From: Thainema sp.
GTDB taxonomy: Bacteria > Cyanobacteriota > Cyanobacteriia > Phormidesmidales > Phormidesmidaceae
Assembly: GCA_052168235.1 (NCBI GenBank)
Contig: JBQLZK010000035.1
Location: 11,696-75,695, forward strand
Direction of reading: 5' to 3'
DNA length: 64,000 nucleotides
The notes below the pieces were generated by a model, which worked only from the letters and a program-made list of their open reading frames with translations, was not told the DNA's origin and searched no databases. Shown piece by piece: positions 1 through 8,658 of this stretch; the stretch's first letter is position 1, and the number at the start of each line of letters is the position of its first letter. The position numbers and the translations under genes are program-made.

Positions 1-1063
1 CATAAGTGTGGTTGCTGGTTGGCGTTAACTTGCCGATGTAGGGCAGTTTATCAAAGGAAATATAGTCCTGAGTTGACCAGAAGTATTCAGGCGTTACGCC
101 GTAGTACTGCTGCATATCCTGGGCCAGCTTCTGGTAACACTCGTCTGTACTGCTGACTTCACCGACCTTATGGCCTTCACCCCCCATGAGGAGCAGCGTA
201 CCGCCATCCTCCAGCGGCGTCGTGCGCAGCGAACGGTAGCTTTGGCCCGTGCCGATAAACATGCCGCCCGGATCTTGATCGGGATTGATGCGGCCACCGA
301 TGATGTAAGACCGTTTGGGATAGGTTTTGGCAAAGAACAAGCCCTGATCCAAGATCGGCAAATTCGTGGTCACGATGACATCTTGCGCAACTACAGTTGG
401 CCCGTTTTTGGTGATGACGCGACAGGGTTCTTCGCCTTTAACGGTGCAAACGCGGGTATTTTGGAAGACATGGCTACCGTTACCGGGAATCTTGGCCGCC
501 AGATTGAGAATGAATTTGCGGGGATGGAACTGAGCCTGATTGCTAAACTTTACGGCTCCAACCACATCAAACGGTAAAGAAGGCACGTCTTTCACAAAAC
601 TGGCTGGCAAGCCCAGCTTTTGAGCTGCTGTTACTTCTGCTTCGATTTTGTTGAGCTGATCGGTTGAACGAGCATAGGTAAAAGTGTCTTTGCGCACAAA
701 ATCGCAGTCGATTTGCTCATCCTGCACAAAGGCGGCTAGTCGATCAATTCCAGCCTGATTTGATTCTGCATAAAGGCGAGCTTTTTCTTCGCCAATGCTG
801 TCAACTAACTGGGCGTAGATAAGCTGATGTAGTGAGGTGACTTTCGCTGTGGTATGACCCGAAACTCCAGCGGCGATTTGGTTGGCTTCTAGTAACGCAA
901 CGGTTTTACCCGCTTGCTTCAGCAATTTAGCGGTTGTGACTCCGACTAAACCAGCCCCAACAATGGCCACATCGACTGAGATATTTTCAGTGAGTGTGGG
1001 ATAAGTAGTATCAAGAGTAGATGTAATCCAATAGGATGGATGAACTTCAGGTAGTTGAGTCAT
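1..1063 (-). CDS. FAD-dependent oxidoreductase (DAO/PuuB/YhfW-like), runs off the window edge
   Basis: Not in the ORF track. Manual translation from the ATG at 1063 gives MTQLPEVHPSYWI...VDVAIVGAGLVGVTTA...LLEANQIAAGVSGHTTAKVT, a Rossmann GxGxxG motif typical of this family. Confidence 0.85.
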   Translation of the reverse strand, partial: MTQLPEVHPSYWITSTLDTTYPTLTENISVDVAIVGAGLVGVTTAKLLKQAGKTVALLEANQIAAGVSGHTTAKVTSLHQLIYAQLVDSIGEEKARLYAESNQAGIDRLAAFVQDEQIDCDFVRKDTFTYARSTDQLNKIEAEVTAAQKLGLPASFVKDVPSLPFDVVGAVKFSNQAQFHPRKFILNLAAKIPGNGSHVFQNTRVCTVKGEEPCRVITKNGPTVVAQDVIVTTNLPILDQGLFFAKTYPKRSYIIGGRINPDQDPGGMFIGTGQSYRSLRTTPLEDGGTLLLMGGEGHKVGEVSSTDECYQKLAQDMQQYYGVTPEYFWSTQDYISFDKLPYIGKLTPTSNHTY

Positions 1064-1201
1064 GATGATACAGCGATTTCATAAATTTATAAGAACAATG
1101 CATCTATCTAATGCAATGAGCGCTGTAATCCTCATCCGTCTATAGTTTGAGCACTTATATAGAAGGTGAAAATCTCAGTCTATTGGACTAGCGGGTTCGC
1201 T

Positions 1202-1301
1202 TATAGTCGTTGTCATTTGGATTAGGATGTTGCGTGTTTCAACGTTTAAACGTTCGAACGTTCTCAACGTTGAAACGTTGGACTACTTGGCTGCTGCTAT
1301 A
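1202..1301. mobile_element. Degenerate MITE-like repeat with AACGTT tandem core (copy 1)
   Basis: TATAGT...GCTATA termini and five AACGTT units; similar copies at 4750 and 26325. Confidence 0.55.
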
Positions 1302-1339
1302 CAATAGAACTTCACGATACATATAATTTGCTGGTCATT

Positions 1340-1549
1340 ATGGCTCGCTTAATTCTTACCGCTGTATTTGCCGTTGGGGTGGCTGCGATCGCAATTATCG
1401 CCGCTCAAAACGGTACGCCAGTTTCGGTTAACTTTCTGTTTTTTCAATCTGTAGCGATTCCGTTTGGCGTCACGCTAGCTTTCTATGCGGCGGCAGGGCT
1501 GATTGGGACAACGCTGTTTCTGTACCTGTGGGAGTTGGCAGGGCGATAA
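1340..1549 (+). CDS. LapA/DUF1049-family small membrane protein
   Basis: Two hydrophobic helices around AQNGTPVSVNFLFFQS; ATG at 1340 preferred over the TTG at 1328. Confidence 0.75.
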   Translation: MARLILTAVFAVGVAAIAIIAAQNGTPVSVNFLFFQSVAIPFGVTLAFYAAAGLIGTTLFLYLWELAGR

Positions 1550-1567
1550 CGTTTTATTCTGAAGTCT

Positions 1568-1611
1568 AGAAGAGGCTTATTGCCGCAGTGCTGCGGCAAT
1601 AAGCCTCTTCT
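1568..1611. terminator. Perfect 21-bp hairpin between convergent genes
   Basis: AGAAGAGGCTTATTGCCGCAG-TG-CTGCGGCAATAAGCCTCTTCT. Confidence 0.7.
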
Positions 1612-1615
1612 CAAT

Positions 1616-2311
1616 TTATTGTCGTCGATAATCGCCGAGCCAGTCAGACTGGGGCTTGAGTAGGGTTGGCAGCAGTTTAAAGAATGAGACGGCGGGGTTT
1701 TGGCGTTTAGCGATTTGCTTCTGTCGCCAAGCGCGTTCCTTGAGCCGAATCCAAACATCTTCCGGTGTGGCTTGATCCTGTACGACCAAGTTCAAGTCGG
1801 AAATGAGCTGCGATCGCAACTGCATGTGCATTTCAATTAGCTGCGTTGGGGCGGCGCTGGGACGAGAGAGCCACGGCTGATGATCGAGCTGGATTTGCGG
1901 CGTGATTAGGGTTGGCCGTTCGGTGGTGGTGAGAATCAGCCAGTCATCGTTGAGCAAACTGAGAATGGTGCAGGTCGGAGTGTGGCTGGTGTTCTCGCTG
2001 GGTAGCGCTTGCGCCAGTAACACCCAGTACTGTTGCTCAGGATGCTGGAGCAGTCGCACAAAGGTCGGCATAAACTCGCCAACGGTGGCGCTTAGCTGAC
2101 CGTCCATGCGGTAAACACAGCCTAAATCTTGAAACTCCTGACTGTAGGGGATGAGGCGATCTAGATTCAGCAGCGGCACATCATTTGGAGAGTGGATTGG
2201 CTCGACTTCTAGCCCAGCCGGAACCGCCTGCATGGTCTTCTGCCAGCGCATGATGGCCAGTAAAACCAGAACTGCGATCGCAACTAGCCCATAAATCAAC
2301 CATCGATCCAT
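1616..2311 (-). CDS. Hypothetical protein with N-terminal membrane anchor
   Basis: 231-aa ORF with an N-terminal TM segment, 12 bp downstream of the kinase gene. Confidence 0.75.
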   Translation of the reverse strand: MDRWLIYGLVAIAVLVLLAIMRWQKTMQAVPAGLEVEPIHSPNDVPLLNLDRLIPYSQEFQDLGCVYRMDGQLSATVGEFMPTFVRLLQHPEQQYWVLLAQALPSENTSHTPTCTILSLLNDDWLILTTTERPTLITPQIQLDHQPWLSRPSAAPTQLIEMHMQLRSQLISDLNLVVQDQATPEDVWIRLKERAWRQKQIAKRQNPAVSFFKLLPTLLKPQSDWLGDYRRQ

Positions 2312-2323
2312 GATGCACCCATC

Positions 2324-4558
2324 CTACTTATCCACTTCGACCCGCAGTTTATAGTCAAATGCATCATCTGAGCGCGACACCACCACAATTTCATAGACGC
2401 CGCTTTGGGATAAATCGCCTGACCAATCGTAGTCGTCGCTATCTTCCTGTAAGGGGTCAGCTTCTTCTAGGCGGGGCGGATAGATCGACAGCAACGCCTC
2501 GTCATCGGGAGCATCCAGCCGCACCTTCAGGTCTTGCTCGTCCGACAGTTCTACTGTATAAACCTTGCCTTCTCCCGGTCGTAACTCTCGCTCAACTGTG
2601 CGGTCGTCTTTGTCATCCAGCTTGATGTCTTCCAAGGCATCCCCATCGCGAAAACCGCGCAGCCGATCAAAGGCCATCCCGTGCCACACTTGACCCATTG
2701 GCGTGTCGAGCAGTGCTCCATTCGCCAGTTCATCGGCAAAGTCTGGAAAGCGTTCTTTAAACGCCGCATCGGTTAAATCGTAGAGGGCGCGACCGCTGAC
2801 ATTATGATCGGTTCTCGCCTCGGCTTCCCACTGGTCGCGATCGCTACTGTCATAGCTGCCTAAACTCTGCCGCGCTTCACTGCTGAGTGCATCGTCGATC
2901 TGCTTCAGCGCATCAGTCGCCGTGTCGTCCCAACGCTTGCGCCAAACCTCATCGGCGGCAGAACTGGTTAGCTGCACCCCTTCTTTTTCCGGATACTGTC
3001 TGAAAAAGAGCTGATTGGTGATCGTGTTCAGGATGCCTTCACTCACTTCTAATTGCTCGCGTCGCTGGCGTAGTTCCGCTTTGCGGGCCCGTTCCGCTGG
3101 AGAATAGGTCGGCTCATTGGTCTCCGGTTCCGCACTGGGGCTAGGTGTAGGTTGATCCGGCGGATCTGAACTAACCGCAACAGGCGGCGTAAACAGGCTA
3201 GATGTCGGTTCCCAGGCCGTCACCAACCACCACACCAGCCAAATTGACCAGGCTGTCCCAGTCAGCAGCAGGACAAATAAGATGACCTGCCCAATTGCCC
3301 GACTAGAGGGTGCGATCCGTCGCTGAGGTCGCGATCTCAAACCGGAGTTGGGTGCGATCGCAGCCAGTGATCCCCCTGATGAATAAACCACAGAATGGAG
3401 CGGATCGGCCTGAGAGCGAGACTTGGATTTTGCCTTTGGTTTGCGGGGCTTCGCTTTCACTGCGGCTTGTCGCACCTGACGGGGCGCACGTGGACTCACC
3501 GCGACGGTTGCCTGTCCAGTCATCGAGGAAGAGGTCGCCGGAGCCGGAGCCGGCACAGGTAGGGGTGGAATTGAACGGGCGGGGGACTCAACTCCATTGG
3601 CGGTTGCTGGCCAGCCTAAGGCCTGCATGACGTTCATTGCCGACGAATAGCGATCGCTGGGCCGAAAGGCTAGCATTCGATCCAGCACCTGACTCAGACG
3701 AGGACTGACCTGTACCAGTCGTCGCCAGTGCCAGGTCACCGTATGCGGATCGTATAGGCTCAGCGGTTCCTGTCCAGTCAGCAGCACCAGGGCTGTCACG
3801 GCCAGCGCATACAAATCGGAAGATGGCGTCACTTCCCCAGACTGCATTTGCTCATCGGGCGCATAGCCAGCTTTCCCGAGGCGGGTAGGAGCAGCAGCAT
3901 GAGCGTGCGATCGCAACTGCTGTTCTACTTGGGCAGCAATTTGCTTGACGCCACCAAAGTCAATCAGGACAGGCAAATTGTCTGTATCTCGCAGAATCAA
4001 GTTATCCGGCGCGATGTCCCGATGAATCACCCGTAGATTGTGCAGATACTGCAACACGGGCAGCAACTGGCGGAACAGATCAAGAATTTCATCTTCGGTA
4101 AACGTCCGCTTTTCGCGCTGGCGCTGCTGCAAAATTTCGCGATAGGTAGAGCCTGGAATGTAGTCCTGAACGAGATACAGCGTGGCCTCTTGGTCTTGCC
4201 CGACCCGCAGCAGTTCACGAAATCGGGGAATCTGATCGTGCTGAAGCTGATACAAGACCCCCGCTTCCCGCTGAAACAGTTCCTCTGCTTTGCGCAGCGC
4301 GTCAGCGTCATGAACCAGCGGCACAAACTCTTTCAGAACGCATTTTTCTTCAAACCGATTAAGGTCTTCGGCCAAATAGGTGCGGCCAAAACCGCCCTGC
4401 CCCAACAAGTGCAGCACTCGATACCGCATGCCCAAAATAGTCTGAGCCGAAGGATCAGAGCCAGTCGCTGGCTCCGTCAGGGCTTCCCCACAAAAGCGGC
4501 AAAAGCGGCTACCCGATGGGTTTTCATGGTATTGGGAGCAGTAGAGAGGATCGGTCAT
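2324..4558 (-). CDS. Membrane Hanks-type Ser/Thr protein kinase (N-terminal Zn ribbon, TM, extracytoplasmic PPC-like C-terminus)
   Basis: LGQGGFGRTY, VLKEF, IHRDIAPDN and LIDFG motifs; N-terminal C..H...CRFC; TM segment in the middle of the protein. Confidence 0.93.
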   Translation of the reverse strand: MTDPLYCSQYHENPSGSRFCRFCGEALTEPATGSDPSAQTILGMRYRVLHLLGQGGFGRTYLAEDLNRFEEKCVLKEFVPLVHDADALRKAEELFQREAGVLYQLQHDQIPRFRELLRVGQDQEATLYLVQDYIPGSTYREILQQRQREKRTFTEDEILDLFRQLLPVLQYLHNLRVIHRDIAPDNLILRDTDNLPVLIDFGGVKQIAAQVEQQLRSHAHAAAPTRLGKAGYAPDEQMQSGEVTPSSDLYALAVTALVLLTGQEPLSLYDPHTVTWHWRRLVQVSPRLSQVLDRMLAFRPSDRYSSAMNVMQALGWPATANGVESPARSIPPLPVPAPAPATSSSMTGQATVAVSPRAPRQVRQAAVKAKPRKPKAKSKSRSQADPLHSVVYSSGGSLAAIAPNSGLRSRPQRRIAPSSRAIGQVILFVLLLTGTAWSIWLVWWLVTAWEPTSSLFTPPVAVSSDPPDQPTPSPSAEPETNEPTYSPAERARKAELRQRREQLEVSEGILNTITNQLFFRQYPEKEGVQLTSSAADEVWRKRWDDTATDALKQIDDALSSEARQSLGSYDSSDRDQWEAEARTDHNVSGRALYDLTDAAFKERFPDFADELANGALLDTPMGQVWHGMAFDRLRGFRDGDALEDIKLDDKDDRTVERELRPGEGKVYTVELSDEQDLKVRLDAPDDEALLSIYPPRLEEADPLQEDSDDYDWSGDLSQSGVYEIVVVSRSDDAFDYKLRVEVDK

Positions 4559-4749
4559 GCCGACAGGGAAAAGCTCAACAGTTGTTTAGGATTGTAGTCG
4601 ATGGCACCCTAATCAGCTTAGCAAGGTGTGCGATATTGAATCTGTAGGCAACGCAGTTCTCAGCTCAAGAAATCAGCCCTATCAGCCTTTTTCGGTGCGA
4701 TCGCACATCAAGTATTTGTTTCCTGACAGCTTTCTTACAGAATAAGTTT

Positions 4750-4847
4750 TATGGCTGTCGCCATTTGGGTTAAGACATGTACGCATTAGAACGTTCCAAC
4801 GTTCCAACGTTTTCAAAATTTGTCAACGACCCAACCAACATGACTGA
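4750..4847. mobile_element. Degenerate MITE-like repeat with AACGTT core (copy 2)
   Basis: TATGGCTGTCGCCATTTGGGTTAAGAC...AACGTTCCAACGTTCCAACGTT; right end eroded. Confidence 0.45.
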
Positions 4848-5223
4848 GGAGAAACCCATGCCCCTGATTCAGCCTTTGCACACTGCCCTGCTGGTTGCCA
4901 ATGTCGATCGCGCTGAAGCATTCTATGGTGGTGTTTTGGGTCTAGCTAAAGTGGATCGACCGCTATCCTATGCGGGGGCGTGGTATCAGCTCGGAGACTA
5001 TCAAATTCACCTGATTGAGGATTCGACCTACACAACAGCACCCCACAATACGGCAAAATGGGGCCGCAATCCTCATATTGCCTTTGGAGTCAATGATTTG
5101 GATGCGATTAAATCATTGCTGGTACAGAAGGGTTATCCCATGCAGCTCAGCGCATCGGGACGAGCCGCAGTGTTTACCCAAGATCCCGATGGACATGTGA
5201 TTGAACTGAGCCAGATTGCGTGA
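4840..5223 (+). CDS. VOC/glyoxalase family protein
   Basis: LHTALLV..FYGGVLGL, QIHLI, HIAF and DPDGHVIEL motifs; true start likely 4840 or 4858. Confidence 0.88.
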   Translation: MTEEKPMPLIQPLHTALLVANVDRAEAFYGGVLGLAKVDRPLSYAGAWYQLGDYQIHLIEDSTYTTAPHNTAKWGRNPHIAFGVNDLDAIKSLLVQKGYPMQLSASGRAAVFTQDPDGHVIELSQIA

Positions 5224-5333
5224 GACTTAGCGAATTCACTAGAGCGTGGCTCTAAAACCACTGCCTGGCTGAAGGGGCCGAGCTGAGCCATTCGCCCCCA
5301 TCAGGCACATAAAAGCACGACTAGAACTACACC

Positions 5334-5792
5334 CTAAGCACCGAGCTTTTGCTTAACGATATCCTGCACGACTTTGCCATCAGCACGCCCTTTCAGCTTT
5401 TGCATGGCAGGCCCCATCACCTTGCCCATATCTTTCACAGAACTGGCACCTGTTTCGGCCATGATTTCGTCAATTACTGCACTAATCTCGTCTTCAGAGA
5501 GCTGCTTGGGCAGATACTCCTCAATAATTGCCAATTCCTGCGCCTCGGCTTCAGCTAGATCCTCGCGCCCCGCCTGCTGATACTGAGCGATCGAATCGCG
5601 GCGCTGCTTCGCCAACTGGGACAGCACTTCCAATTCCTGTGTTTCAGTCAGCTCTTCCTGACCCGATGGCCGAACGCTGACTTCTTTCTCCAACAGTACC
5701 TTTTTGATGCTGCGCACTGTTTCTAGGCGTACTTTGTCTTTACTTTTCATGGCAGTTTTAATATCTGCCGTAATCTGATCCTTTAAACTCAT
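5334..5792 (-). CDS. GatB/YqeY domain protein
   Basis: MSLKDQITADIKTAMKSKDK...KDMGKVMG...GRADGK. Confidence 0.92.
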   Translation of the reverse strand: MSLKDQITADIKTAMKSKDKVRLETVRSIKKVLLEKEVSVRPSGQEELTETQELEVLSQLAKQRRDSIAQYQQAGREDLAEAEAQELAIIEEYLPKQLSEDEISAVIDEIMAETGASSVKDMGKVMGPAMQKLKGRADGKVVQDIVKQKLGA

Positions 5793-6052
5793 AATGCTCT
5801 CTTTCCTCGCAAACCTATCGAAATCGATAACTGCGATCGCAGAAAATCGGAAGTGCGATCGCAAATGTGTACTGATGAAACGTCAGAACTCGCTCAAATA
5901 AGAGATGTAATCATCGCCTAAATTTTGTTATAAAACACTAAGTTAAAAAATTGCGATTGTAGCGTGACGCACCACTCTACGGCCGCCCTAATCATAAATC
6001 AATACCGCATAAACCCTTAGATAAAGATTTAGACCCAAATGATAAGATTGCG

Positions 6053-7069
6053 TTGACCGCGTTTCGAGGGCTTGCTGTGATTCACTCCGCGACTCTAACT
6101 CTTCAGCCACCACTGCCTCATATCTCAGAAAATAATCGCTTAAGGTTGTTTTCGGGATCAGCCAATGTTCCTTTAGCACAGGAAGTTGCTCGTTACCTCG
6201 GTATGGATCTAGGGCCGATGGTGCGGAAGCGATTTGCTGACGGTGAACTCTACGTTCAAATCCAAGAATCAATTCGGGGTTGTGATGTTTATCTAATTCA
6301 ACCCACTTGCCATCCGGTTAACGATAACCTGATGGAGCTGTTGATCATGATCGATGCCTGTCGGCGAGCATCAGCCCGGCAGATTACAGCCGTCATACCT
6401 TACTACGGTTACGCCCGCGCCGACCGGAAAACGGCAGGTCGGGAATCCATTACGGCTAAATTAGTCGCCAACCTGATTACCCAAGGCGGAGCGGGTCGCA
6501 TTTTGGCAATGGATTTGCACTCCGCCCAAATCCAGGGTTATTTCGATATTCCCTTCGACCATGTATATGGCTCTCCCGTCATCCTAGACTACATCGCCAG
6601 TAAAAACCTATCAGACATTGTTGTTGTCTCGCCGGACGTTGGTGGGGTGGCCCGCGCCCGCGCCTTTGCCAAAAAGCTCAACGATGCTCCTTTGGCCATC
6701 ATCGATAAGCGGCGGCAAGCTCACAACGTAGCAGAAGTCTTTAACGTGATCGGTGATGTCGCAGGCAAAACTGCCGTCCTCGTAGACGACATGATTGACA
6801 CCGCCGGGACAATCTGTGAAGGCGCTAAGCTGCTACGGGAAGAGGGAGCCCGTCAGGTATATGCTTGCGCAACTCACGCGGTCTTTTCTCCGCCTGCGAT
6901 TGAGCGGCTGTCTAGCGGCCTCTTTGAAGAAGTGATTGTCACCAATACTATTCCTATTCCGGAAGCTCGTCGCTTTGATCAGCTAACGGTGCTATCGGTC
7001 GCCAACCTGCTGGGTGAAACCATCTGGCGAATCCACGAAGACAGCTCTGTGAGCAGCATGTTCCGCTAA
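6053..7069 (+). CDS. prs: Ribose-phosphate pyrophosphokinase
   Basis: FADGE, PYYGYARADRK, DLHSAQIQGYFD and VDDMIDTAGT motifs; exact start uncertain. Confidence 0.97.
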   Translation: MTAFRGLAVIHSATLTLQPPLPHISENNRLRLFSGSANVPLAQEVARYLGMDLGPMVRKRFADGELYVQIQESIRGCDVYLIQPTCHPVNDNLMELLIMIDACRRASARQITAVIPYYGYARADRKTAGRESITAKLVANLITQGGAGRILAMDLHSAQIQGYFDIPFDHVYGSPVILDYIASKNLSDIVVVSPDVGGVARARAFAKKLNDAPLAIIDKRRQAHNVAEVFNVIGDVAGKTAVLVDDMIDTAGTICEGAKLLREEGARQVYACATHAVFSPPAIERLSSGLFEEVIVTNTIPIPEARRFDQLTVLSVANLLGETIWRIHEDSSVSSMFR

Positions 7070-7097
7070 ACAACAAAACTGGCAATTCATGCAATTA

Positions 7098-7138
7098 AAC
7101 AGTGGTGGGGTGGCTTGGCTGTCTCACCACTGTTGTTT
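7098..7138 (+). terminator. Probable intrinsic terminator of prs
   Basis: AACAGTGGTG...CACCACTGTT followed by GTTTT. Confidence 0.6.
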
Positions 7139-7332
7139 TCGGATGCAAAATTTCCGGTGACAGTACTGCTCATTGGAACTGTGGCTGTAGACCCAACTTT
7201 TAGCACTCATTACTCCAGCACGTGGAAGTAAGCCACAGCACTCAGTACTTCCTGCTCATGCCTGTACGTTTTAGCACTGATAAAAATTGAGTTTGGGCTT
7301 GCCACCGCTGCAATTGATGGGTCATGGCAAGC

Positions 7333-7389
7333 AAAAAAAATCCCCGAAGAATCAGGTTCTTCAGGGATCAATCAGGGTGCATCTACCTT
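7333..7389 (-). ncRNA. NsiR1-like small RNA (~57 nt)
   Basis: Minus strand reads AAGGTAGATGCACCCTGATTG-ATCCCTGAAGAA-CCTGA-TTCTTCGGGGAT-TTTTTTT. The 5' GGTAGATGCACCCTGA matches the NsiR1 5' motif as I recall it and is followed by an intrinsic terminator. Confidence 0.65.
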
Positions 7390-7416
7390 CTAAGACTACG
7401 GAGATTTAATTAAAGA

Positions 7417-7422
7417 TCCGGG
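7417..7422 (-). promoter_or_regulatory. DIF1-like motif (CCCGGA vs TCCGGA) near -35 of the NsiR1-like RNA
   Basis: Lies about 30-35 nt upstream of the inferred 5' end; one mismatch to the DIF1 hexamer. Confidence 0.45.
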
Positions 7423-7509
7423 AAAATCGGTAGAGTTTACTCAAGCTTTAAACTGAAGGGGATCAAATTAAATTTGTTGAGATCGCTGACTAGTATCATC
7501 ACGGTTGAT

Positions 7510-7758
7510 CTACATGTAATTACTTACACCCAACTGCTTATGCCAAGAATGTGAGAACTCGCCCCTGTCTAGAGCAGCCGCGGTGGCAGAGTTGTCTAAG
7601 GGGCTTGAAAATAAGTAGCCTTGGGCAAACTCATAACCCAGTTCCTTTAAGCAGATAGCTGGCTGTTCTGTTTCGACCCCTTCTGCGATCGCATGTAGCC
7701 CCAGTTGGTTGCTCAGCATAATAATCATTTCGACAATGCGGTGATTCTGTCTAGCCAT
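7510..7758 (-). pseudogene. C-terminal fragment of an EAL (c-di-GMP phosphodiesterase) domain
   Basis: IAEGVET...QGYLFSSPL present; the N-terminal EAL motifs are missing (82 aa only). Confidence 0.7.
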
Positions 7759-7825
7759 TATGCTGTTTTATGGCATTCCCTTTTTACTGGCAACTGTTTT
7801 TGTGAGTCAGCTGCTTAAATCGGCC

Positions 7826-8446
7826 TCATGTCAGCAAATAGAGCAATACGAACAAAATAATCCAAATTACATCAACGAAGTGCCAGTAAAGCTCAGTTGC
7901 TTCAATGCCAAAATGGCTGGTTTCAGAGTAGTGAGCCTGCTGTCGCGATCGCCACAGCACCGCCAGCATCAGCAACAGTCCCACAAACACGTGTAGACCG
8001 TGGAAGCCGGTCAACACATAAAACGTGCTGGCAAACAGATTAGTGGTCAAGCCAAACTCTAGGTGGCTGTATTCATAAATCTGACCGACCAGGAAAACAG
8101 CGCCCATTGCAGCCGTAATCGCAAACCAGAGCTGCATACCTTTGACATTGTTCTGTTTAATATCGGTATCGGCTCGATGGATGACAAAGCTGCTGGAAAT
8201 CAGAATGATGGTGTTGATTGTGGGCAGCGCTAGCTCTAGTTCAGGCGTACCTTCTGGTGGCCATTCAGGATTCACCAGCTTGAAGGTAATGTAGGCGATG
8301 AACAGGCCAAGAAAAATCATGCTCTCAGCGCAGAGGAACACCAGCACACCGAACATCCGATAGTCTGGATGACCATGATGATCGGCATGGGCAGTTCCTT
8401 CAAGATTTATTCCTGTCTGAGCAGAATCAACGGTTGAACCTTGCAT
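7826..8446 (-). CDS. ctaE: Cytochrome c oxidase subunit III
   Basis: TGFHGLHV and YWHFVDVIW motifs. Confidence 0.96.
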   Translation of the reverse strand: MQGSTVDSAQTGINLEGTAHADHHGHPDYRMFGVLVFLCAESMIFLGLFIAYITFKLVNPEWPPEGTPELELALPTINTIILISSSFVIHRADTDIKQNNVKGMQLWFAITAAMGAVFLVGQIYEYSHLEFGLTTNLFASTFYVLTGFHGLHVFVGLLLMLAVLWRSRQQAHYSETSHFGIEATELYWHFVDVIWIILFVLLYLLT

Positions 8447-8502
8447 AGATCTGGAGTCAGTACGTTAGGTTTGCAGAGTTTTTGCTGTTCTTATTTGAGT
8501 TG

Positions 8503-8651
8503 TGTAGGGTGGGTTGAGCGCGAGAAACCCAACAACTAGAGGGTTTTACGTCTTGCACGCTTTTGCAAGCTCGACACCCATTCAGCTAATGTTGGGTTTC
8601 ATGCTTCAACCCACCCTACAACTGGAGTAAGGTGGGCAGTGCCCACCCTAC
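8503..8651. repeat. GTAG-type REP doublet (REPIN-like) plus a single REP
   Basis: TGTAGGGTGGGTTGA..GAAACCCAAC / GTTGGGTTTC..TCAACCCACCCTACA (8503-8620), then GTAAGGTGGGCAGTGCCCACCCTAC (8627-8651). Confidence 0.75.
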
Positions 8652-8658
8652 CGGGGAA

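Noticed and set aside
170..577. 135-aa plus-strand ORF
   Set aside because: Antisense to the edge-truncated FAD oxidoreductase on the minus strand.
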